From assembly GCF_000143415.4 (NCBI RefSeq), contig NW_003314321.1, positions 124,001-188,000 of the forward strand: 64,000 nt of DNA, in the 5' to 3' direction. Position numbers and translations under genes: made by a program. Positions 1 through 12,003 of the stretch are shown here, one piece after another. The notes beneath the pieces were generated by a model that searched no databases, had not been told where the DNA came from, and was given only the letters and a program-made list of their open reading frames with translations. Position 1 is the stretch's first letter, and every line of letters begins with the position of its first letter. The DNA comes from Selaginella moellendorffii (lineage: Eukaryota > Plantae > Lycopodiophyta).

Positions 1-818
1 TGAGAGGGTTCTGGTCGAGGAAACGTGAAGGGCGGAAATACTCTCCTCTGCAATGTGGGTTCAATCGCATCCGATGGCGTATGGGCACATGCCATTTCAG
101 CTGTAGACTCTGGTACAACTGGCTCAACAGTGGCATGGGGTGGTTCCGATGGCGTGTGATCACACGCCATTTCAGCTGGTGCCTCCGTTGGCAAAGTGGA
201 CATGACCGAACAGGCAGCAGGGGTGGTGTAGGGAGGTTCCAATGGCGCGTAGTCAGACGATTGGGCACACGTTGAGTCCGTTGGAAATGAGGATACGACT
301 GGCTCGGCGGCTGGGGCGGCCTCATGCGGGTCCAATGGCACCTGGTCACCGTCAGTTGGATACGTGGACAAGATTGACTTAGTGGTATGGGCAGCATCAA
401 GTGGAGCGTGGTCAGCTTGCTTGGCGTTGATATGGATAGTAGCCTCCACCAGCTCTGATGACTCTTGCAGGCAAGTAGAGTTCACTGGCGGATCCATATG
501 CATGTCCAAATATCTCCCTTCGATTGAGATGGTATCCTCCCTACTGGCTACTAAAAACAAACTCATTAGCACATTGAATCGACTATACTGTATTTACCAT
601 CAACTGCTATTGAGGAACTAGGACCGATATCACTTGGGCGCACTGCTGATTCTGAAGGATTGGACATACGTTTCGACCCTTGCTTGGCACTATCCTTCCT
701 TGACACTAAAGGCTAGAGTTTGTATCTTAATTCAACTGAATAATCTCTACTTACCATTTGCTCTGCGACCTACATGGACAATGTTAGAAATGGTAAAAGG
801 TTAGGAATGGATGTACTA

Positions 819-3800
819 TTATTTACCTGATGGTTTGTCTTGTATGACCTTCCTCCGCTGCTCTTTGGCCACCTCAGGCTGGCCATCGTCGTCATCATCG
901 TCGTCGTCGTTATTGTGATCGTCACCATTGTGAGGACCATCCAAGTCCTCTTCGTCCTCCTCTTCTTCGTCCTCCTCTTCTTTGTCCTCCTCTTCGTCCT
1001 TCTGCTCTTCCTGCTCATTATCTTTCTCTGGCTCCTCATCCCCCTCCTGCATTTCTTCCATAGGCTGCTTAGGCTGGATGGCTTGTTTTTCCAGGACCAT
1101 CTTGGGAAAATCATCTGGCCGAGTCTCCATCTCAAAATACAAGACATCCATAGCCTGTTTCAGTGCTTGACCTAGGACCGTATCCTCACCCGACTGTCTT
1201 AACATGGTTTCTGCACGTTCTTGCACCCTTCGAAGACAACGAGATGAGAAAAACGTGGCCCTGACTTGAAAAGCATCCCTCATCCTTTGTACCTCTCCAT
1301 TGAGATTGGGGAAGGGGAGTCCGCCATAGGAATCTGAGTCAGGAGGTGGTGACTGGCTCCTTTCACTCAGCCCTTGATCTGCAATGAATGGTATGAGCAC
1401 ACACGCCATAACCGCGAGGCATTACTTATCATCTTTTCGTTGCCCTTCTTCCTTTTCGAATCAAACGCCTCTGATCCCGACAACTGTTCAACGTGCTTTC
1501 GCTTTTTATGACCACTGTCAGTTTGAGCTTGGCTGGTGCTTGCCTGTTTTGCCTTTGAAGAAGTGTCTCCTGCAAGGAATGGCATGAGACCACACGCCAT
1601 TGCAAATATAATTTGTACCTCCTTTTTTCCTATTGCTTGTCTGTTTGTCCTTCTTCGACGCGCCACCAGTGCGCTTTTCAGTCCTCGTGTCTGAATATTC
1701 ACAACGATCTATAATCAAAATGGCGTGAGGCCTCACATGACCTTACCTTGTGCAGGTTGTGAGCTTGGCCCAACATGGGTATCTTCAACAGTAGCTGTTA
1801 ACGCCGTTTCAGCATCTGGGGGTGGCCACGCTCCTGCATACAGAGCTTGTGAGATAACATTTAAACTTAAAGTGCGTACTCACCAGGTTCGCAGAGAAGA
1901 TACTGTTTTTCTTTGGCAATTGTAATTATATGCTCCATTGAAGTCATTTCTTCAATGGAGTTTGTCACCGCAACACACAGGACACCCTTGAGTAGTGCGG
2001 CTCAAAAGAATAGTCCGCCGCAGTTGTACTCGACAACACATTTGCCCTTGGAGTCGGAAGTAGGTGACCCACCCGCTATTGCGTTGAAGACCCAGCTAAG
2101 CATTTCCCATGCTGCACCTGGAGCTTTCTCTGGATTCGAAAGCTCCATAGCCGTCTTCAGTTCCTCAGGCACGGGTAAATTGACCTCCCTCAGATCAATT
2201 CGATCGGCCTTGTCAAACGAAGCTGGGAAGTCACTCCAGTCCCACTCTGCTGCAGGACCAATAACAAGGGCGAGTGTGAAGATGCGGACATTTGTTGGTA
2301 TCTTCTTCTTAGCCATTATCCCATGGATCTCCCGCATCTCCTTGCCTTTCAACCGAGCCTTCACCTCGTTCAAGGCCTTCCAGAACTTGTGATAGGATTC
2401 GAAGTCGTAGATCATATAGTGGACTGAAGATTCCACCTCCGCAAGTCCCACCATTAAGTCAATGATGGAGCTGACTTCGTCTGCATGAGTGATCTCCTCG
2501 TTTGTGAAGTCCATCACACAAAAGATGTTCTTGACCTGCTCATCTCCGCGGGAAACGATGCTCCTCCACCTTTGATCCTCATCCGAATTCACGTATACCC
2601 GGTAAGGTTCTCGATAGGCCTCTGCTGCGGGGTCGAGCTGTTTCTGAAGCCGGCGGTCGACATCCCTCTTAATGAAATTTGGATACTGATCCAACTTCTT
2701 AGCTTTACTTTTTGTGGCATCCCGCAGCAGATCGATGAACTTGGGGGCCCCCTTCACGTACTCGTCGATGTCTTCATTTGACAAGTCCAGCTCTTCCATC
2801 ATCTCTTGCGTGGTGTCGATGCTCACCCTCTCCACGGCCACTTGCTCAAAGATCCAATCCTTCAATAGCGCACGAGCTCTCAGAGTCGTGCACAAGTCCT
2901 CGTATGTCACAATATGGCTGGGAGTCATTTTGGTCTTGTAGAAGAGCATTAGCCACGTAGAAGAGCATTAGCCACTGTCAGAAGGTCGTTGTCGTCTAGA
3001 GACCGCGAGAAACGCAAGGCGTTGAGCTTCAAATCATTGGGCTTCCGGCCGTCCTCCACACCCATTGAGTTTAGCAACTCCCCGTCATGGTACCTCCTCA
3101 GCACATCTACCCATTTGTCAAAAACAACTTTTGTCGCGAGTAGAATGTTATGGATGCTGAGTGTGTCATTGACCCCCAGTGTTTTCGAGAGAAGACTCGA
3201 GAATTCCTACAATGGAAATGGTGTGAGGCCACATGCTATGCCACATGCAACGAGGCTTACCTGCCAGGCGCTAGTTGCTAGTGCACATCCTTGTCCTAGT
3301 TTTTGTGGCTTCTTCAGTTGAACCCAGAGCTTCCGTGTTCGTGCCAATGTCTCGTGTAGACCCGATTTGTAGCATGTTTCTTGCTTGACATTCTGCGCGT
3401 GGGAGATGTATATGATAGATTGGAGGGGCGAGTTGCCTTTTATCAGGCGGACAACTCTTATCTTGAAGACTTTCTTCACCTCTTCGCCCACCATAATATC
3501 CACAACTATCTCTTGCATTGCCAAGCTAGAATGCTGCTCGGAGACGGCATAGAACCGGATTTTCTGATCGTCCAACACCTTCCTATTGATCAAGTCTGGA
3601 AACCTCGTCTCGCCCTTCATTGTTTGGTAGTAGGGGATCACGTCTGCGATGTCGGGTGTTACTGGACTTGCCAGCATCTTCTACTTCAGTTTCTCCACCC
3701 ACTCATCAGATACTAGCCTGTGGTTGTATTTGCTTTGGATGTCGATACGGCTCACGTTGATTGTATATACTTTGTTGGAATAGTAACAAGTACTATTATT

Positions 3801-4395
3801 AGCGACGATTTTTGCTACCTCTTCTTGCTCTTTCTGCTCTTTGTGGCTCTTCTTTTTGGTGGGTGTAGTGTTCGAACCCGAGGCAATGGCATCACCAAGT
3901 AGCTTCTTTTTTGGAGCAGGAGAGTTGGACGTCGGCTTGAGCTTGACTACCCTTTTCTGCTTCGGGGTAGTTTCCAGATCGACCCCCTTCCCCTTCGCTT
4001 CGCGAACTGGAGGCACTCTCAACGGCTCAATGTTGGAATATAGTTTTTGAACATCGCCGTAGGTGAGGTCCGTGGATTCCATGTGATCTTCATAGACCCG
4101 CAGCGTCTTTGAAATTGTGGGCCTCCTGGACAACCTCTCCCTAGCTCCCTCTAGGAATTCCTCATAGCCGCTGCGGGAAGCCGCTAGGATGTGCAAGGTG
4201 GATCTTGAAGGCGGACGCTGTCTCTACCACAAGTGCCAGTCCATATTCTTGCATGGAACTGCATGGAGTGTCTGTCACTTGGATGAGGATCCCCATGCAT
4301 TCTTTTCTCCCACCATCTGTGTTGTACAGTCTTAGATCCTCGCCTTCCATCCCGAAAGTCCAATTGATGAGCTCCTCCCCCTTCTCTGCATCCAC
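819..4395 (-). pseudogene. Multi-exon transposon accessory gene: ParB/Srx-like domain + degenerate N4C/N6A DNA-MTase-like segment + acidic/basic tail (both ends approximate)
   Basis: ORFs 4162-4395, 3681-4196, 3207-3677, 2002-2949 and 819-1409 join through a frameshift, single in-frame stops (TAG 3681, TGA 2002), a 19-bp duplication and GT-AG introns (3207-3260, 1709-1746, 1570-1618, 1379-1425). ParB-like motifs: YNHRLVSDEWVEKLK...FYAVSEQHSSLAMQEI. MTase-like motifs: EKAPGAAWEMLSWVF...KCVVEYNCGGLFF*AALLKGVLCVAV. Confidence 0.6.
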
Positions 4396-5694
4396 ATTGA
4401 CAGTGGCTGGAAGAAGAACGCAATTCCTCGCCTATTCAGAAATGCACAACAATTAGAGCTGACAGATGAAAAGCTAGCAGCTGGAAATAACGTGAGGCCA
4501 CACGCCATTCACCACTGCATCAGATGTATTGAGGCTGCATCCTAAGATGGCGTGAGGCTACACGCCATCTGTAACCGGACTGCACTCGAGAGCCCAATCG
4601 GTGCATGCCAATGTTGCTACTGAATGGCATGTGGCCTCATGCCATTTTCTACTTGGCCTAAAAGACTTACCATTTGAAGCCGAATGGAGGCATGACAATC
4701 GAGGCCGGACTCGCTGGCGAATGTGCACTGTGTGTGCAGCGGATCGTAGCAGCAAGGCTACTCTGCCACTTAAAGTTGGAGAGTGGCGCTGAAATCTCCC
4801 GGGACGCCGAGTGGGCTGCGTGTGGGTGGCGGAGTGGGCGGCGGAGTTGGCGGCGAAGTTACAAACTGGGTGTGTCTTGAAGTGGACGCCGATGCACACG
4901 AGCGCGATGCGAGCGCGAGTATGATGCAAACGCGAGTGGACGCCGATGCACACGAGAAACCTGTAGAGAATGTAGATGAGCGCGAATGTGAGCGTGATCG
5001 CGAGTGGGAGCGCGATGCAAGCGCGAGTACGAAGCAAAATGCAAAACCTAACCTCACACGCGCGAAATGTCACGATGGTTGGTAATCCCGCAACGTCATC
5101 ATTCCTCGGACTTGGGCGCCACCATTAATTTCTGGATCGCCGCGCGCATGCATGCACGTGAAATCCAAAAGAAATCCGCAATGTCATCATTCCTCGGACT
5201 GCATGCACGTGAAATCCAAAAGAAAGATCATGATTGGGATATCATTTAATACGCTCGCTATATTTATACCATGCATGATTGGATATTCCAAAACATCTTG
5301 TATTTCCAAAAATGCCAGATGTTCAGCTAAATAAAGAATGGTATACAATGTCCTTCTTGATGACCCTGCAAAGAAGCATCTTGATCGGACACCACATGAG
5401 ACCACACGAGCCTTACAATGTCTCAGGGGCATTTGCCATAGATCCGACCGTTATTTTGCTCCAAAATTCTACAGTTTGGTGTGCATTGACCTTTCCATCG
5501 ACACTGCAAAGGGACATCACAATCAGATGCGGGATCACAAGAAACCAACTTCACTAACTCTGGTTTCACCAAGATCTACGTAAGGAGTTATGAAATGAAA
5601 GGACCCTCTCTATTGAAATGTGTTTATGGTCCTGACATATCAAAGGATTTTGCATCAAGTTCTATATTTGGATGTTTATCAAGCTACTGAATTG

Positions 5695-5714
5695 CTAAAC
5701 CCTAAACCCTAAAC
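5695..5714 (+). repeat. Short interstitial plant telomeric / telo-box repeat (CTAAACC)n
   Basis: ctaaaccctaaaccctaaac. Confidence 0.6.
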
Positions 5715-6509
5715 ATGTGGCAAATGTTGCGTGAAGAAAGATGCCCTTTCTGGGCAAATGCTATAAGAGGCAGATGCCGAGCAGATGTATCTCAGGCTAG
5801 CGAAGGGGACAAACGAAAGCTAGCTATAAACATGACGGGATGCAAATAGATTACTAGGCTGGTCCTGCGAAAATCAAAAACCATAATTGAAAACATTGAA
5901 AATGCAAAAAGAAAGGTTTATAATATTTTTGAATTTTAAGCAACCAAGGGAATGTAAGTAGGGCATGTGTTTGTAAGTTTAAAAATGCCTCAACCACTTA
6001 AATTCCCAAGTAAATAAAGCTGTTTCTATTTTTGGTACAGGTAAACTTTATAGCGTGTGGGCTCATGCAATTTTGAACCCAAAAATGCACCAAAAAATGC
6101 TCGACTAGCATTATTCTTTGAATGGCGTGTGGCCTTATATTGCCATAAATGGACGTACACACACAGCATAATTATTCCTTTACACGGCGAATAATCTTAA
6201 CGCGGATCGCTGACATGGCATAGCAAAGTTCGAATCACTGACATGGCACAGCTGGATCGAGGCAAGGACATGATGTGACAAAGTTCAACCTCCGACAGCA
6301 AAGTCTAGAAGCTACTCAGTTTGAAATTTGTCAGAGGAATCATAAGATCTGGTTTGTCAGAGGATTTGATGTGACGTTCAAGCGTGTGTTATTTTTGAAT
6401 TCTCGAACTCATTCCTAGGTCTATCATTTTTGTGCACCGTGTTCTTGGTTCCGCTGAGCGCAGTGAGCACTGCTTGTGTAAGAGGCGTTATGAGCTGTGG
6501 TTTATGCGT

Positions 6510-6640
6510 CTACGAGCGGTTGCGGCATTGCGAGCGCCATTGCGAGCGGCAGTTTATGCGAGTGGCAGTTTGTGCGAGCGGCACTACGAGCAGTTGCGGT
6601 GTTGCGAGCGGCGCTACGAGTAGTTGCGGTGTTGCAAGGG
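6510..6640 (+). repeat. CpG-rich degenerate tandem repeat (TGCGAGCGGC-like) upstream of the transposase
   Basis: Repeated gcgagcggc / ctacgagcagttgcggtgttgc units. Confidence 0.7.
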
Positions 6641-7008
6641 GCACTGTCTTTGGTGTGGCTACCGCTTCCTCTTGATATTCGGCACTTGTGCTTCCTGGTA
6701 TGTTCACCATGGAATGGCTTAGGACCACATTTAGAAATGGCATGAGGCCACATGCCATCTTGGGCCCTTGCAATTTCATGGCTAGCGTATTGTCATGTAT
6801 GTTTTTACTTGCCTGCAGCTGTGTGTATATCAAGATGGCATGAGGCCTCATGCCAATTTTGTGAATGCAAAATTTCACGTAGGTGTCAATAGCATGTTTG
6901 AATAATGGTATGTGGCCTCATGCTATTGAGGTTGTTTGGTATGTTATGATTTAGGCCATTCTCCAATCATTTTTTGTATGGTCTTAACTTCTTTTCTGCA
7001 CTTTCAGA

Positions 7009-9907
7009 ATGGCCTCCGCAAGTGCGACGCATATTCCCTCCGTGGATCTTAAGAACCGTGCTACATGGATTCAGGCAAAGGTGTTTCTAAACAACCTCGA
7101 GGGGGAGGTGGTAGCTGAGGGCTTAGCCACAGTTGTCAATCCAAGAGATGCGGTTGCTAATCAAGAATTGGGCTGGGATGATATTGGAGTTGCGATTTTA
7201 GAGGTTGTTGACACAGAAGAAAACAGTCTGACTATTGGAAGCATTGTGCGGTGGAAATTGAGGCACTTAGTGTTTGAGAATGTGAAGGATTCACAATCAA
7301 ACACCACTACAACTGATGACAGAACATCTCTTCATGGGAAAAGAAAGTACACCTTCCTAAAGCGCAGCCAAAGGGATCTGAGCAACGAACCAAAAAGGTA
7401 GAAAATGGCGATGGAGGTTCGAATGGTCTCGACAGTTGCTTGTTGCAAGAGGAGGTGCTGTCAACATGCTGATTGGGATGCTATTGAAGAGGAGAGAGCA
7501 AGATACAAGACATTGTCCTGGAAGGCAGCTCGCAATTTTGTGTATGAGGCATTACGGTCATCTGTTGATGCTTCAGAACATCAGGTGGGGGGCATGGTCT
7601 TCCAGAGGGGTTTGGTCTGCATGAAGGCATGGAGAATCATTTATGGAGTCCCTCGAACCACATTCTACAAAATCAAAACTGAGTTCAAGGAACAAAGGGT
7701 TCAACAGGCAGTCCATGGGAATGACGGTACTCACAAAACCAGGGGTCATGTTGTATATGGAGAGGCAATCTTCAAGAGGTTTGTCGAGACATGTAGCGAG
7801 CAGAAACCACATAAAACCCGCCTCTTGGAAGATGGAACTCAAGACACCCAACGAGTTCTCCCTTCCATGTATACCAAGGGGGCCATATTGGAAGATGTGA
7901 ATCGGGAACTCTAGAGTAATGGCTACAGGAAGCTGAGCTAATCTAGATTTAGTAGATTGTGGAGCAACAGGTTCAGGGATGTGAGTATAGGAAAGTACTC
8001 TAGCTTTTCAAAGTGTGACGAGTGCACTGCTATCAAAATGGCTTTGTTGAAGAATTCTTGCATCGCTCAAGAGCGAGAGACGTTGGTTAGAAGGCGGCTC
8101 GACCACAACATCGAGCAGAGAAGCTGCAGGACTGCATATTATTATAACAGGATTCTCTCCATGGAGAGACCTGACTCTTACCTCTGCATCATCCACGACA
8201 AAATGGACCAGAAAAAGACGTGCTTACCTCGACTCAATCCTGCCCCCAAGGCAATCTCTTCATCCATGCAGCTGCCTGTGTCTCTGTTTGGCATAATCGC
8301 TCATGGGCATGGTGCCCAGAACTATGGGAACTTCTTTGTACCTCTATGGGGTGGCGGGGGTGCAAACATGATGATTGCGTCCCTAGCAAAACACTTAAGG
8401 TCTCTGCAAAGTGCGCAGACTGAGCTGAATGGCCAACCCTTGCATAAGGCCCTTGTCGATCGAACCCCATACAAGGTTCAGCTGGAGGAGGAGCAAAGGC
8501 TTGCAGTATCGCGTGGGGCCCCATGCCATCCTAGTGAATATGTTGGCCGTCAGATTGTAGGGTTATCACGTGAGGCCTCATGCCATTCCGACGAGGCTGG
8601 TCGCCCGGTGAATGCACAGCTTCATCCAAATGAAGCAGAATCTCAAGGAAGTTCTTGCGGCCGATGTGGCCTTCCACCCCATCTTCTGCTCCAAACAAAC
8701 AATGCTGGTAGTGAGAACAAAAACATGTACGTCTTTGCGTACTTGGCGATGCTTGTTGCCAAAGGCATATTTGAAACGGTTACACTTGGCTTTCTCATGG
8801 TTGGGCACACTCATGAAGACGTCGATGCCATGTTCAGTCACCTGGCAGAGTCCCTCCGGCGATCCAATGTCCTCACCCTCCCACAACTCTACGATGAATT
8901 CCAAAATTGCATCAAAGGCACTGTTGAAGCTGCACTTGTGACAGAGGTTCCAGACTTTAAGGGGTTTGTAAGAGGCTACATTAGGGATGGATCCGAAACG
9001 CTGATTGGCCACTCCAAGCCTCTTCAGTTTCATTTCAGCATGCGTGACGGTGCTCCAGTGATGAGGTACAAGATGAGAGAATGGGACACAGTGTGGCTGC
9101 CAGTGGACGGCATTGAACTCTTCAAGAGAGATCCCATAACTGGGGAACCTATGATTCCTCAGGGTTCCCCACGGCCGATGCACCCGGATGGACTCAAAGA
9201 CCAGGAAAGTATAGTGGCCGGGATTAGACAGCATATTGCCTTCTGGAAGAGGGGGTTGGTGTTTGGTGGAGAATCCTATTTTCAGAGGTGCAAGCCTTTG
9301 CTCGAATACTGGGAGAAGATTATATCTGCTATCCAAAATGGGCCGGTTGTATATGAAGAATTGGAAGAGTCCTTTTGGCCAGAACCCAGAGCACCAGATA
9401 GTAGCGGAATAATGTCCTCTGGAAATGCAGTGACAGATAACGATGTTGAGGATCACTATTGTGGGCCGAGGAACAAGAAGCCGGATTCAGCATTCAATCT
9501 AGTACAGGTCTGCAAAGGAATGGTCGTGCTTGTCAGACCCAGTAATAAAAAACAAATGATATGGGTGGGGCGCTGCATCACTGATGCAGAGGAGGACGCG
9601 GAAACTAACTCCTTCAATGTAACTGTGGAGTGGTTCAAGCCAAGTTCCGGATATACGAAGAATTGCCTAGAAAAGAGATGGGTGCTGAATCCAAGAGATC
9701 CCAGCATGAGCATATCGGTGGATAATGTTGTGCATGGTTGGATGTGGAAGCAGAGTGCCACCATCACCTTGCTAGACCATGCAAGAGATGCAGCAAGAGC
9801 ATTCATAACCCGGGTTCAAGGTGAGATTCATTAATATTCCTTTACTAAGTTTCTAATGTATTTTATTTCAAGGTGAACAATCCGAATCTGAATCAGAGGA
9901 GGCGTGA
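7009..9907 (+). pseudogene. DDE/D transposase, Sola-like / DUF7869-type, inactivated
   Basis: ORFs 7009-7401, 7405-7914 and 7957-9834 share one frame, broken by TAG 7399, TAG 7912 and TAA 7939. Motifs: CCxxxCC, VCMKAWRIIYG, SKCDEC, LCIIHDKMDQKK, LLLQTNNAGSENKN, FLMVGHTHEDVDAMFS. A probable short last exon follows an intron at about 9820-9872. Confidence 0.8.
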
Positions 9908-12003
9908 TGGCATGTGGCCTTACGCCATTCCTAGGTGAGATGATACAAATAACAAGTATAAATTCTTAGTTATTCTAGCAAATCTTACTTAAAGTTCAAG
10001 GTGAACAAGCCGAATATGAATTCATCGGATTGTTATAACAAATTGCGAGGTGATGGCATGAGGCGATACGCCATTTGAGAGTGGTAGCCATTCCTATATG
10101 AGGTGAGTGAAATATTTATTAGAAATACCTCATTCAATTGTGCACTTCTAAGTCTTGGTCCACTCAATACTGTTTGCATATTTTTATTTTAATTCTTTCT
10201 CTAAAATGTTATTTAGCATGTGGCTTCATGCCATTGCTCTCCACAATCATGCATTGAATTTTTCTATCCTTGCATAATACTTCTCCATATATATAGCATG
10301 TGCGCACATGTGATATGGTTCATTAGGCCTGATATAGTGTGTGAGGTAAAACAAAGATGATATGACATATGCATTTACCAATCACACGTGCATAAATCTA
10401 ATAATATGGCGTGTGGCCCATATTAATGGCACATAAACCCATATTGTGGGCTTACGTGCTTTATGTACCATCATTCCCTTGCAGCGTGTGTGTTGGTTTC
10501 CTTTTATAACACAACGAACTCCATATTTTAGGGTGAAGAGCGTTCTCATGGCAAGCACAAAATCTGTAAGTGAGGCAGAAAAGGAGACGGAGAAGGAGAT
10601 AGGTGAAGATGTAGAATATATAAGTCTTCCAAACTCCCCGTACTATACTCCAGGTGATCATTTTTCTGAACAAACGGCAACATTAACAACTATCGAGAAT
10701 GCCCCAGTAACGTCAGAGACAACAATCCAAAGCAAAACAACAGACCCGGAGAAGGATGATAGTACCGCTGAGAGTACCAAAAAGGAGGTGTCCACTAGCG
10801 CTTAGGCTTATAATGGCGTGTGCCCTCATGCCATTTATTTGATCACCAAATACCTTTTTCCCTTTGCACTAGTATATTTTAATACTGGTCTAAGAAATAG
10901 ATTGGCATGTGCCCTCAGGCCTTTTACTAAATCACCTTTGAAAGAAATGCAAGCCTCTATGTCGTAAAAAAAAGGTACTAGAGAAATTCCTTAATAATAT
11001 GAATATTATTTAGTTTCATGAAAATACACTAAGGGTCAAATGAGTTAAATGACTTCTCCAGACTAGCAATGCCTCTTGCTACACCTTCACAATTAGATTC
11101 GTTAGAAAAAGATAACATTGAATAATATCTAAATGTTCTCACCATTAAGTTATATGTCTGGCTAATAGGAATGACGTTCATCTTGGAAAGCTCACCACAC
11201 GCTCAATGAACAAACAAATAGTGTGTGCGTGCATGCCATCGCTCTTCTTTAGCTTCAGATTCGGCTTGTTCACCTTGACAATGAGATTTATTATACAACC
11301 AGATGGACTCAGTCTGGACACAAAGTCATCGCGCTAATCACCATGCCCCAGATATGTCTAGCCCTTGGACAAAAAACATATAATTTCACGTCATTTTCAA
11401 ATACTTGAAAATTTGTACCTAGTCCCATTTTACTGAATAAATCCCACTTTAACAAAATAGAGCATCAATGAAGTGTTAACTCATTGCTCGTGTTCATATT
11501 ATGCAATCAAGAGTTCTAGATCTTGCAAAAAGCTAATACAAATTTAGATTTAAGAGAGAAAAAAGGAATAAAAACAAAAACACAATCCTAAACACTAGAA
11601 TAAAGCATTGCCAAAAAGCTCTGCAGGGTAATATATATTGTGAACAATATATGTATTTATAAACCTTACATGCTCAGGGATATACACTTTATTTGAAACT
11701 CTAGCCAAAGTGACTAAACCCTTAGAATAGGGAAATACTACCAACGAAAAAAAAAAGGATTCTCATCTTTATGTATATGCTTAATATTTAAATTAGTATG
11801 AGGAAGATAAAAAATACTTAACTTAACACTAGATAAAGAATGGAATCATAAGAGTTACAAATGATTGATATGCTAAGAAAAGGAAATGTTATAGATGAGG
11901 AAGAAATTCAGGTAAAAAAAAAAAAAAAGGTTAGGAAAGAGCAAAAGGTAAAGAAAAAAACTTCAGATAGCAGATTAAAAAATTGACACTTACAATATAA
12001 AAT

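Larger units (their letters stand above)
74..11239. repeat. Dispersed 22-bp palindrome family, consensus ATGGCRTGWGGCCWCAYGCCAT (about 23 copies)
   Basis: Copies start at 74, 149 (perfect palindrome), 1388, 1579, 1720, 3218, 4487, 4547, 4624, 6050, 6122, 6737, 6835, 6905, 8508, 8565, 9907, 10053, 10213, 10406, 10813, 10902 and 11218. A few are partial or degenerate. None was noticed beyond about 11.3 kb. Confidence 0.93.
1..11400. mobile_element. Large Sola-like DNA transposon (element 1); left end outside the window, right end approximate
   Basis: Transposase, divergent accessory gene and an element-restricted palindrome family. TIR and TSD were not identified. Confidence 0.6.

Noticed and set aside
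840-1175. Hydrophobic plus-strand ORF as a membrane protein
   Set aside because: It is the antisense of the Glu/Asp-rich exon of the ParB-like gene.
5695-5714. Telomere or chromosome-healing site
   Set aside because: Fewer than three units; this is a common telo-box motif.
10446-10805. Small acidic/Thr-rich ORF as a third gene of element 1
   Set aside because: It is low-complexity with no recognisable motif, so it cannot be supported without expression or homology data.
74-11239. Palindromes as a CRISPR array or bacterial REP elements
   Set aside because: Spacing is irregular (tens of bp to over 1 kb), there are no cas or RAYT genes, and the context is intron-containing eukaryotic DNA.
11300-11760. 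Right TIR of element 1
   Set aside because: The left end is outside the window, so no TIR or TSD pair can be verified.
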